From NCBI GenBank assembly GCA_016939375.1, contig JAFGHF010000034.1, positions 13,950-77,949 on the forward strand: a stretch of 64,000 nucleotides of DNA. The letters are read 5' to 3'. Below are positions 1-8,368 of the stretch, piece by piece. Every line of letters begins with the position of its first letter. Position 1 is the stretch's first letter. Source of the DNA: Candidatus Omnitrophota bacterium. GTDB lineage: Bacteria; Omnitrophota; Gorgyraeia; JAFGHF01. The position numbers and the translations under genes are program-made. The notes beneath the pieces were generated by a model, which searched no databases, was not told the DNA's origin, and saw nothing but the letters and a program-made list of their open reading frames with translations.

Positions 1-391
1 TTCCCGGCTTAAGATTCACCGATGTCTTCCAAGTACCGGTTTTGCTTTTTTTCATCGTAATGCCCTTTTCGCTCCAAGAATTAAAATCACCGGTGATATA
101 CACTTTCTTTGCTTCTGGCGCAGAAAGCTGAAAATCAACTTTCTTCTTTTTCGTTCCCTTTGTGGCCATTGTTGCCTCCTTTCTTGCAGCTTTAATGGCC
201 GGTGGTTGTATTAACTCATCTACTGTCACATTAAAGACCTTGGCGATCCTATCCAGCATCGAAGCCCTCAGTTCCCTCTTATTGGCCTCCCACATACAAA
301 TAGCCTGCCGGGAGACACCTAATAGCCTCGCTAGGTCCTCCTGTGTCAAATTGACCGTACTTCTTAATTCTCTTAATCTCTTTCCAACCAT
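1..391 (-). CDS. Partial transcriptional regulator: N-terminal XRE-family helix-turn-helix fused to a CBM48/glycogen-binding-like domain (C-terminus runs off the window start)
   Basis: My own minus-strand translation from the ATG at 391-389 gives MVGKRLRELRSTVNLTQEDLARLLGVSRQAICMWEANKRELRASMLDRIAKVFNVTVDELI..., a classic XRE HTH. This is followed by ...KKVYITGDFNSWSEKGITMKKSKTGTWKTSVNLKPG, which has the E-set/CBM48 pattern (VxxxGxFNxW ... GxW). The frame is still open at position 1 and the ORF is absent from the track because it is truncated. Confidence 0.5.
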   Translation of the reverse strand, partial: MVGKRLRELRSTVNLTQEDLARLLGVSRQAICMWEANKRELRASMLDRIAKVFNVTVDELIQPPAIKAARKEATMATKGTKKKKVDFQLSAPEAKKVYITGDFNSWSEKGITMKKSKTGTWKTSVNLKPG

Positions 392-520
392 ACGCTTTTA
401 TGCCACATTTTGTTAACTTACCTTTGTTTTAAGGAACTCAATTATGGCATACAATTTTGTCCTTGTCAATATAAATTTTTGGGTTTTTGTTGAATTCTAT
501 TGTGTACTTTTTATACACAA

Positions 521-558
521 AAAAGCCCCTTTTTATCTCGTCATAAAGGGGCTTTATG
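521..558 (-). terminator. Rho-independent terminator hairpin downstream of pfk (could act in both directions)
   Basis: Plus strand reads aaaaGCCCCTTTTtatctcgtcatAAAGGGGCtttat. This is a GC stem with a loop, followed on the minus strand by a U6 run, and it sits 60-95 nt past the pfk stop. Confidence 0.5.
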
Positions 559-615
559 GACTTGCTAACAAATCCCTTGGCTTGCTTTTAAGGGCCTATT
601 TACTCAAAAAATATT

Positions 616-1707
616 TTAATCTCCAAAACAAGTATTGATAGAGCGGCCGGCTTTAATTAAGGTATGATTAAGAGGAATAACCCTTGGGCCTTTGGCAACT
701 TCTCTCAAAGGTACAGGGACGAACTTGCCTCCTCTTATTCCCACCATACATCCGAATTTTTTCTGCTCAAAAAACTCTGCCGCCTTTGTACCTAATTGCG
801 TGGCCAGGATCCTGTCAAAAGGAGTAGGCGTACCTCCCCTTAAAAGATGCCCCATGACCACAGTACGCGTGGCCAGCCCTGTGATTTCCTCCAGTCTTTC
901 TTCCAAGGCAAAGCCGACTCCTCCTAAACGGGCCTGAATCGTACTTTCTTTTATTATCCTCTTTACCACTACATCTCGGCCTTTTTCTCGAGCACCTTCG
1001 GCAATCACGATAATGCTGAATTTTTTGCCTTTTTTATTTCTCCCTTTGACCACCCGGGCCACCTTTTCAATATCATAAGGGATTTCGGGGATTAAAATTA
1101 TATCTCCGCCCCCGGCCAATCCTGAATAAAGTGCTATCCATCCGGCGGTACGCCCCATGACTTCGACGATCATGATCCGGTGATGAGATTGAGCGGTGGT
1201 ATGGATTCTGTCTATTCCCTCTGTAGCGATATAGACCGCAGTGTCAAAACCGAAAGTGGTATCCGTACCGCGGATATCGTTATCAATGGTCTTAGGCACG
1301 CCCACTACGGGGACTGCGTCCCGGTAAAGCTTAGAGGCGATATGCAATGTACCGTCGCCACCTATACAAATGAGGCAATCTACCTTTAACCTTTTGATAT
1401 TGCGCAATGCCTTTTTAGAGACATCCCGGAACTCCAGCCTTTTGCCTACTTTTGTCGCGTAGCGATAGGGATTAGCTATATTGGAAGTACCTAATATTGT
1501 ACCGCCTAACGTAAGGATCCCCGATACGTCTTTATAGTTCAGGCGTCTATAGCGATTGTTGATCAACCCTTCATACCCGTCTTTAAAGCCGATCACCTCC
1601 GCACCCTGATCATTGATTATTTTTTTTGTCGCTGCCCGGATTACTGCGTTGAGCCCCGGACAATCTCCGCCTCCGGTAAGGATAGCTACTCTCATTTTTC
1701 TCTTCAT
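616..1707 (-). CDS. pfkA: 6-phosphofructokinase (PfkA family)
   Basis: N-terminal RVAILTGGGDCPGLNA, plus GGDGT, PKTIDNDI and MGR motifs; 363 aa. Confidence 0.9.
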   Translation of the reverse strand: MKRKMRVAILTGGGDCPGLNAVIRAATKKIINDQGAEVIGFKDGYEGLINNRYRRLNYKDVSGILTLGGTILGTSNIANPYRYATKVGKRLEFRDVSKKALRNIKRLKVDCLICIGGDGTLHIASKLYRDAVPVVGVPKTIDNDIRGTDTTFGFDTAVYIATEGIDRIHTTAQSHHRIMIVEVMGRTAGWIALYSGLAGGGDIILIPEIPYDIEKVARVVKGRNKKGKKFSIIVIAEGAREKGRDVVVKRIIKESTIQARLGGVGFALEERLEEITGLATRTVVMGHLLRGGTPTPFDRILATQLGTKAAEFFEQKKFGCMVGIRGGKFVPVPLREVAKGPRVIPLNHTLIKAGRSINTCFGD

Positions 1708-1733
1708 GACGACCGCCTTTTGAAATAAAAGAT

Positions 1734-4208
1734 TTAAATATTGATCTTATATTTTTTTTCGGAATGCAAATAATGCAATCTACCGCGGATTTCAACAGGC
1801 AATTTGAATGTTTTAGACTTTGATTTAATCATAGAGACAACCAGCTGTCTGCGCGTTATAGACAAAGAGACCAATTTTTTACGATAGCAAAATTTAAGCC
1901 TGATATTGCGCCAGTGCTTAGGCAGATCCGGATCAATGCTTAAGCCTTTGGAGGTCATTTCTAGGCCCGCAAAAGCTCTTAGTACGATATCGATCGAACC
2001 TCCCATTACTCCTATATGCACTCCCTCAGGGGTAGTCCCTCCTTGAGTATCATAAATATCCGACCTCAATACTTCTACGAACCAATGCCAGGCTTCCCTG
2101 GACCTGCCCAGAAGATGGGTTATATAACAATGCACGACCTTGCTTAATGTCGAACCATGCGATGTGCGTTTAATATAATATTTAAAGTTTTTCTTGAGCA
2201 TATTTTTAGTAAAGCCGTATCCCATCTTATGCAAAAGACTTTCTACTTCCTGTAGAGAAAAAAGGTAAAACATCATCAACACGTCTGCCTGCTTGGCTAC
2301 TTTGTAATCATCGGGAGATTTGCCTTCAGCCTTAAGGATCCTATCTATGCGCTGGATCTTGCCGTATTTCGCACTATAGGCCTGCCAATTCAGTTCCTTT
2401 AACTTGAAATATCCGGCAAATTGGCTTATTATTCCTTCGCGCGTGATGATTATTTTAATCTTACGGGCGATGTCTTCCCAAGAGGCAATTTCTTTTTGAC
2501 TTAATCTCGCCTTTTTTAAAATACGTTTTTTATATGTTGGGGGCAAAATCTGCATAATCTCCTGGGCCCTAAACAATATCCAAGCGATGAGGACATTGGT
2601 ATAAGCGTTGTCTTTTAATCCCGGCTTCTTTGCCTTGGGAAGCCGCTCATGGAACTCATCGGGCCCCATGATGCCATATGTGTGATACCTTTTGTCTTTT
2701 TCATCGTAGCTGACAAGGCTAGACCCAAACTGCGCGATAGACAATATGATTTCCGCCCCATAGCGCAGGAAAAAGTCAAAGTCACCGGTCCTATTCCAAT
2801 ATTCCCAAATATCATAGGCGATATCAAAAGAGATATGTCTTTGTATAGAACTGTAATCCGGGCCCCATTTATTGGATACCGGATTAAGATGTATGACCTG
2901 GGTCTCTTCCTCTCCGCTAGAGGCACTTTGCCAAGGAAACATCGCCCCTTTATACCCATGTTCTCTGGCGTATTTTCTGGCTTGGTCTAAACGCCTATAC
3001 CTATACATAAACAAAGCCCTCGATATCTCCGGATAATGTAGGTCGAAAAACGGCGTAACGTATATCCTGTCCCAGAATACGTGACCGCGATATGCCTCCC
3101 CATGTAATCCTCTTGCCGGCAGTCCTGCGTCAATATCAACGTTGTGCGGGGAAGCGGTCTGTAAAAGATGGAATGTATGCAAACGCAATACCTTCTGCGA
3201 AAATATATCTCCTTCTATTTGGATATCAAACCTATCCCATAACTTATGCCAAGCTTCTTTATGCGTCTTTAGCAGGGCTGCGAAAGTAGGCGCTTCTTTA
3301 GCAGAAACAATCGCGCTTTTAAGCGCATTGCGCACTCCTTTATCCCTGGAAGTGTAGATAGCGACAATCTTTTCTATTTCATAGCGTCTTCTCTTGTGTA
3401 TGTATATTTTAAATTCTTGATAAATTGCTTTTTTCTTTTTGGCAAGTATCATGACCGGGGGCTTTAGTTCCTTTCCTTGAGAAAAAATGCGCACCCTGGC
3501 CGCTTGGCAGATATCGATTTTGGAATGGCTTGTCTTCATGGAAAGATAGGAAATATTCTTTTTTAACATGCCTGAAAAATTGGTCTTTAGATGTTTAGAG
3601 TTTAACTTTCTATAGCGGGCTACACCTGTATTCTGTAGAGTCCCGTCCAAAGCAGACCTGATAGTTATCCAACCCTCATAGTTTTCGGGAACGATACTGT
3701 ATTTTATTGCTGCGCGATGAGGATCGACCATGTGTACTATTCTCTCTGTTTCAATAGTAGTCTTGCGGTCCTTTCTGTCCTGCAGAGAGACTTTTCTGTT
3801 CAAAGCTCCATTGCGCATATCTAGTTCTTTATGATAACAAAGGATATTGCTCGCCGATGGCACAAGCCAATGCTCTTTACCGATGCGGAAGGTCAAAAAT
3901 AACCAATTGGGACAGTTGACCATATCATCGTTAAATATGGTACGGCCGGCGATATGCGTAGGTGTCTTATTGTAAACTCCGGAGATGTAAGTGCCGGGGT
4001 AGTGCACCTTAGAAGCTATGGATTCAGTCGCCGCTCCCCTGGTCCCAAAATAGCCATTGCCCAGAGTACACAAAGCTTCTCTTAAGCTCTCGTCATTGGG
4101 TTCGAATTTCTTATATACCAGCTTCCAGGCCGAGCCTTTTTCTATCTTTCTTCTTATCTTTTTATGCCGTACCCTTGATAACATTTTCGAATAACCTCTT
4201 TGTTTCAT
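1734..4208 (-). CDS. Glycoside hydrolase family 65 disaccharide phosphorylase (trehalose/kojibiose/maltose phosphorylase-like)
   Basis: Shows the LGNGYFGTRG N-terminal signature and the YGIMGPDEFHE catalytic region typical of GH65. The track ORF extends to 4322 but overlaps the upstream gene by 160 nt. The start was therefore placed at internal Met 4208 (4184 is also possible), which is just before the conserved W..VY..F.P..E region. Confidence 0.8.
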   Translation of the reverse strand: MKQRGYSKMLSRVRHKKIRRKIEKGSAWKLVYKKFEPNDESLREALCTLGNGYFGTRGAATESIASKVHYPGTYISGVYNKTPTHIAGRTIFNDDMVNCPNWLFLTFRIGKEHWLVPSASNILCYHKELDMRNGALNRKVSLQDRKDRKTTIETERIVHMVDPHRAAIKYSIVPENYEGWITIRSALDGTLQNTGVARYRKLNSKHLKTNFSGMLKKNISYLSMKTSHSKIDICQAARVRIFSQGKELKPPVMILAKKKKAIYQEFKIYIHKRRRYEIEKIVAIYTSRDKGVRNALKSAIVSAKEAPTFAALLKTHKEAWHKLWDRFDIQIEGDIFSQKVLRLHTFHLLQTASPHNVDIDAGLPARGLHGEAYRGHVFWDRIYVTPFFDLHYPEISRALFMYRYRRLDQARKYAREHGYKGAMFPWQSASSGEEETQVIHLNPVSNKWGPDYSSIQRHISFDIAYDIWEYWNRTGDFDFFLRYGAEIILSIAQFGSSLVSYDEKDKRYHTYGIMGPDEFHERLPKAKKPGLKDNAYTNVLIAWILFRAQEIMQILPPTYKKRILKKARLSQKEIASWEDIARKIKIIITREGIISQFAGYFKLKELNWQAYSAKYGKIQRIDRILKAEGKSPDDYKVAKQADVLMMFYLFSLQEVESLLHKMGYGFTKNMLKKNFKYYIKRTSHGSTLSKVVHCYITHLLGRSREAWHWFVEVLRSDIYDTQGGTTPEGVHIGVMGGSIDIVLRAFAGLEMTSKGLSIDPDLPKHWRNIRLKFCYRKKLVSLSITRRQLVVSMIKSKSKTFKLPVEIRGRLHYLHSEKKYKINI

Positions 4209-5754
4209 CAGGTGAAGCGATCCAAAAGTCAGCTGCCGATTCTGTATTTTCCTGGGCAACCAAGACTCCTGTCCCCCTTGTGCGAACAGCCCTAAAAGCA
4301 TCTTCATCTGTGGTATCATCACCTATATATACTATACAGGTGTCAGACCAGGAGATCTTTAAAGCCTGGATAATCCATCTGACAGCTTTGCCCTTATCCC
4401 AGTCGATCTGAGGCATTATCTCAAACACTTTTTTACCGTTCATTAAACGTATGTCTTTATCTTCCTTGATAACACCTTTAATACATTCTTTGATCTCGGC
4501 AAGATATTTTTCCTGCACAAGACGATAATGGACAGCAACGCTGAACTTTTTATATTCTAACAATATCCCTTGTATATCCCCTAATTTTTGGGAGAGAGTT
4601 TTGGTGATCTCTTTTATTTTAGGAGTGAATTCTTTGGCCTTTGGCTGGATAATAGAAAAATCCGGTCCTGAAATGTCAAAGCCGTGGCTTCCCGCATAAA
4701 TCAACCCTGGGATATCCACAAGCTTCTGCACATCTTCTCTCATTCTCCCGCTGATCACCGCTACTGTATGCAGCTTTGATAGTTCAGTTATGACCTTGCG
4801 CATATCTTCTGACATCACAGCCAATTCCGGACGCTTCACAATAGGCGTTAAAGTGCCGTCATAATCTAAAAAGAAGGCTACTTTCTTGCCCTGCAAGAAG
4901 ACCTCTTTGCCTGTGCGTGAATAATAAGGATTTATGATTGTCGTCTCTGTTTCAACTTTTTCTGTTTTATCCCAGTTTTCAAACAGAGGTCTTGGCTTTC
5001 TATGGAACCACTGTTCGATCCTTTCGATGTCTATTTCGGATAAGTCCCCAACTACTATGTCTGCTCCGTTTTCTAGAAGCTGTACTTCGTTTTCTTCTCT
5101 GGCTACCCCTAAGACTAGTCCAAAGCCACCGTTTCTGCCGGCCTGGACACCCGAGGTAGCATCCTCCACGACCACCGAGCGTGCTGGTTCCGACCCGATG
5201 TTGCGAGAGGCCTTGACAAATATATCCCCTTCGGGCTTACCCTTAAGCCCTAACTCCGCGGAGACTAGACCATCGACCCTGGTCTCAAACAATTCTTCAA
5301 GACCCACGGCCTGCAGGATAACCTGACAACTTTTGGAGGAAGATGCAACTCCTACCCGCACTCCGGCTGCCTTGAGCTGCTTAATAAGCTCTACTGTAGA
5401 AGCATAGACCTCTGCCCCTTCTTTTTTGATAATATCCAAAAACATCTTGTTTTTTTTGTTGCCGATGCCGCAAGCGGTCTCTTCTTCCGGCCCATCCTGC
5501 GGGTCTCCGTATGGGATATGGATACCCCGAGACTCAAGAAAACTTCTTACACCCTCATATCTCGGCTTTCCATCGACATAGGGCAGGTAATCTCCCTCGT
5601 GCGTAAACTCACGAAACGGCTGGCCATCTCTTTTTTCGCGCATGCGCATATATTCATCAAACGTAGCCTTCCAGGATTTACCGTGCACCAGTGCTGTCTG
5701 CGTGATCACGCCATCCAAATCAAATATGACTGAATCGAACGAATATTTCTTCAT
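4162..5754 (-). CDS. Fusion protein: beta-phosphoglucomutase (HAD-IA) N-terminal half plus trehalose-6-phosphate phosphatase-like (OtsB/HAD-IIB) C-terminal half
   Basis: N-terminal VIFDLDGVITQT ... KGKPEGDIF ... VVEDATSGVQAG is the beta-PGM motif set. C-terminal VAFFLDYDGTLTPIV ... IYIGDDTTDEDAF matches the OtsB-type DYDGTL signature. Length 530 aa. Confidence 0.8.
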   Translation of the reverse strand: MKKYSFDSVIFDLDGVITQTALVHGKSWKATFDEYMRMREKRDGQPFREFTHEGDYLPYVDGKPRYEGVRSFLESRGIHIPYGDPQDGPEEETACGIGNKKNKMFLDIIKKEGAEVYASTVELIKQLKAAGVRVGVASSSKSCQVILQAVGLEELFETRVDGLVSAELGLKGKPEGDIFVKASRNIGSEPARSVVVEDATSGVQAGRNGGFGLVLGVAREENEVQLLENGADIVVGDLSEIDIERIEQWFHRKPRPLFENWDKTEKVETETTIINPYYSRTGKEVFLQGKKVAFFLDYDGTLTPIVKRPELAVMSEDMRKVITELSKLHTVAVISGRMREDVQKLVDIPGLIYAGSHGFDISGPDFSIIQPKAKEFTPKIKEITKTLSQKLGDIQGILLEYKKFSVAVHYRLVQEKYLAEIKECIKGVIKEDKDIRLMNGKKVFEIMPQIDWDKGKAVRWIIQALKISWSDTCIVYIGDDTTDEDAFRAVRTRGTGVLVAQENTESAADFWIASPDETKRLFENVIKGTA

Positions 5755-5779
5755 ATACCCTCATCACAGTTACAATCAA

Positions 5780-6391
5780 TTATTCCTTTCCGATTTTGAT
5801 TACTTTCACACTATCAAATATGCAGGTACCTTTTCCGGGCGTGCGCGGCTCGAACTGAAAACTCATGATCGGAAAATCCAGAATATCATTCTTCTGGGCG
5901 GTCTGCGGCTGCCAATCCGTGCGCACAAAAAATTTATTAAACGGGCAGGCTATCTCCCTCCAGCCCTCAAAATCATCGTTAAGTAAAAAACGCCATATCT
6001 CTCCGCCGGCGTCTTTGACATCCAAAGCGATCATAGCACCGCTTTTGGCTCCATACATAGACAGAGCAAGCGCCTGATATGCGTTCCAACGTACTTTCTG
6101 AGGTTTAAGCAACCAACGTGCGGCTCCTTTTACATCAAGATTATAACCGCGCGCACACCACATATATCCTTTTGGGTGAAGTTGATAAGTAAGCTTAATC
6201 GCTTGATCTCCGCATGTCTTCAACTGCTTCTCTGCGTAGATCTCTAAAGACGAATCGGCAGATGAGCCAAAATCCACTGTTTCACTATTTAACTCTCCCT
6301 CAAAACTATCGATCAAAACCTGATCGGGGACACTACAACCGGCACAGATCACAACAAAGGTTACTGCCCCGGCCAAAAATAATCTTTTCAT
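5780..6391 (-). CDS. Hypothetical lipoprotein (signal peptide plus Cys lipobox; possible beta-sandwich or carbohydrate-binding-like domain)
   Basis: MKRLFLAGAVTFVVICAGCSV is a lipoprotein signal peptide. The rest has no recognisable catalytic motif. The gene is tightly packed between ldcA and the beta-PGM fusion. Confidence 0.45.
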   Translation of the reverse strand: MKRLFLAGAVTFVVICAGCSVPDQVLIDSFEGELNSETVDFGSSADSSLEIYAEKQLKTCGDQAIKLTYQLHPKGYMWCARGYNLDVKGAARWLLKPQKVRWNAYQALALSMYGAKSGAMIALDVKDAGGEIWRFLLNDDFEGWREIACPFNKFFVRTDWQPQTAQKNDILDFPIMSFQFEPRTPGKGTCIFDSVKVIKIGKE

Positions 6392-6401
6392 ATTTCCTCC
6401 T

Positions 6402-7352
6402 TTATCTTTTTACTCCTGCCTCATTTATTACCAATTTCGGATAATCGGCATCGATCGTAACCGGGACTCCGAAAGGCAATGTCACGTCGATCTCTCCTTG
6501 CCCACGGTGTCCCGATGGAAACCCATATATTATGGGGAAATGTGCATCGTGGAGTATATCATTAAGTATATCCCTGATGGTATACCTTTTCCCGGAATAA
6601 TCAAGGCAGTCGATCATCCGGCCAAAGACTATTCCTTTTAATTTACGGAATTTACCGGAAAGCTTAAGATGCATAAGATAATTGTCGATGACTTCTAAAT
6701 CTTCGCCGATATCTTCAAGAAAAAGAATCTTGTTATCTGTGTCGATGTCGTAAGCCGTGCCCAATGCGCTTATAAATAAGGACATATTGCCGCCAACCAA
6801 TACACCTGTCGCCTTGCCGGGCCTTAGAGACCTTAATGAAGAAAAGTGCAGCTCCCCCAAAGCAATGGGCTGGGTGATCGCCTGCAATAAATAATCCAAT
6901 GTGATCGAGTTCATATTATCATGTATCTCATCCGATACCACCGGACCGTGAAACACTACCATATTTACGGTCTTATAGAGATAAGAAAGAAGGATCGTTA
7001 TATCGCTGTAACCGATAAATATCTTGGGGTTTCTTTTTATTATTTTTTTGTTCAGATAGGGAATGGTGCGTATGGAACCGTAGCCGGCTTTAGCGCAAAA
7101 GATTGCCTTTACCTCTTTATCGGCAAACATGCGGTTGATCTGCTGAGCCCTTTCCTTATCATAACCGGCCATAGACCAGTATTTACTGAAAATCGAGCGA
7201 TCAAATTTTACCTTAAAGCCCAATTTTCTTAGTTTGTCTATTCCCCTTTTGAAATTGCCGATATCAAATGACCAGGCTGGCGCTACGATACCTATCGTAT
7301 CGCCTTTTTTTAGACGCGCTGGTTTAGTCGCTTTTCTTCTACGCATCTTCAT
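6402..7352 (-). CDS. ldcA: LD-carboxypeptidase, peptidase S66 family (LdcA/MccF-like)
   Basis: GDTIGIVAPA ... IGYSDITIL ... FHGP motifs arranged as a Ser-His-Glu S66 triad; 316 aa. Confidence 0.75.
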   Translation of the reverse strand: MKMRRRKATKPARLKKGDTIGIVAPAWSFDIGNFKRGIDKLRKLGFKVKFDRSIFSKYWSMAGYDKERAQQINRMFADKEVKAIFCAKAGYGSIRTIPYLNKKIIKRNPKIFIGYSDITILLSYLYKTVNMVVFHGPVVSDEIHDNMNSITLDYLLQAITQPIALGELHFSSLRSLRPGKATGVLVGGNMSLFISALGTAYDIDTDNKILFLEDIGEDLEVIDNYLMHLKLSGKFRKLKGIVFGRMIDCLDYSGKRYTIRDILNDILHDAHFPIIYGFPSGHRGQGEIDVTLPFGVPVTIDADYPKLVINEAGVKR

Positions 7353-8325
7353 CGCGCACCTTGACCCGGGGAAACCATATTGCCCTGTAGCTTAAAGTAT
7401 ATTTGCCCTGGATATACTGCCAGGCCTTATCTATTATTCTCTCCGCGATATGCACTATTAGGTCGTCGGGGAGACCGTCTTTATGTTTAGACTGGGGGTA
7501 GACCGCGCATTGGTCATTCATATAGTCCACGACCAAAAACTTGCGGTTTCTCTTATTTATCGCTATCTCGCAGGAGAACCAGTCAATGCGTGTTATGCGT
7601 CCGATCTCCGAAGATATGCGTATCAGCGGAAGCAATTTATATTCATCTAGCTCTTTGAGCGTAACCTGGCGAAATATATTAGTATAAGGGTTCCACCAAC
7701 AGGGGATCACCTCGCCGAATAAATTATAGACTCTAAACCAGGCCGGCTTGCCTGCCAATTTCAAAGGCTCCACAAATTCCTGTAATAAAAAGTTGTCTCC
7801 TATGTCAAATCTACGCGCCTTAGCTATTTCTTTAAGCGTCTGTCTTTTGTTGATTATTTTAACTCCTTTTTGCCCATAGCCCATTGCCGGCTTGATTACA
7901 AAGGGAAACCGCAGTTTCTTTTTTTCTTGATGCGACAGCCTTCTAGTAGGCTCCCAATTCCTGATCACTATAGTATAAGGTACGGGGACCTTGGCCCGCA
8001 ATAGGTCAAAGTGGGTGATTGATTTATCCGCGGCCTCTTTGACATCATCGGGATCGGCTACTATCCGCGTCCCTGCATCCTTCAAGCTATAGGCAAGCCT
8101 GGTAAATTTGTCTGCAGGGTCATAGGTCTCTGAAGCCATGTCTAGATAGAATTTAACGATCAACCTGCCTTTTTTGACCGCATTGATCAGTTTTTTTAGT
8201 TTTCTCGGGCCGATAAAAACAAAGCTCAGCTTACGCGCCCTACACTCTGCTTTTAAGGCATTAATAAAAAGCTCTCGCTTGACATGCTCTTCGGGCCAAC
8301 CTATGGCAAAATCAAATTTATCCAT
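7339..8325 (-). CDS. ATP-grasp domain protein (RimK/glutathione-synthetase-like ligase)
   Basis: FVIKPAMGYGQKGV phosphate-binding loop and LLQEFVEP are ATP-grasp hallmarks. It overlaps ldcA by 14 nt, which suggests translational coupling. Confidence 0.6.
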   Translation of the reverse strand: MDKFDFAIGWPEEHVKRELFINALKAECRARKLSFVFIGPRKLKKLINAVKKGRLIVKFYLDMASETYDPADKFTRLAYSLKDAGTRIVADPDDVKEAADKSITHFDLLRAKVPVPYTIVIRNWEPTRRLSHQEKKKLRFPFVIKPAMGYGQKGVKIINKRQTLKEIAKARRFDIGDNFLLQEFVEPLKLAGKPAWFRVYNLFGEVIPCWWNPYTNIFRQVTLKELDEYKLLPLIRISSEIGRITRIDWFSCEIAINKRNRKFLVVDYMNDQCAVYPQSKHKDGLPDDLIVHIAERIIDKAWQYIQGKYTLSYRAIWFPRVKVRDEDA

Positions 8326-8368
8326 ACGCCTTTTACCTCCTGATAAGATAAATATATTAAGAGGTCTT

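Noticed and set aside
2615-2990. Overlapping 113/114-aa ORFs on both strands inside GH65
   Set aside because: Both are inside the well-supported GH65 coding sequence. No motifs support them.
1734-4322. GH65 ORF as given in the track (862 aa, starting at 4322)
   Set aside because: The first 38-46 codons overlap the upstream beta-PGM fusion gene by up to 160 nt and have no GH65 homology. Internal Met 4208/4184 fits the conserved N-terminus.
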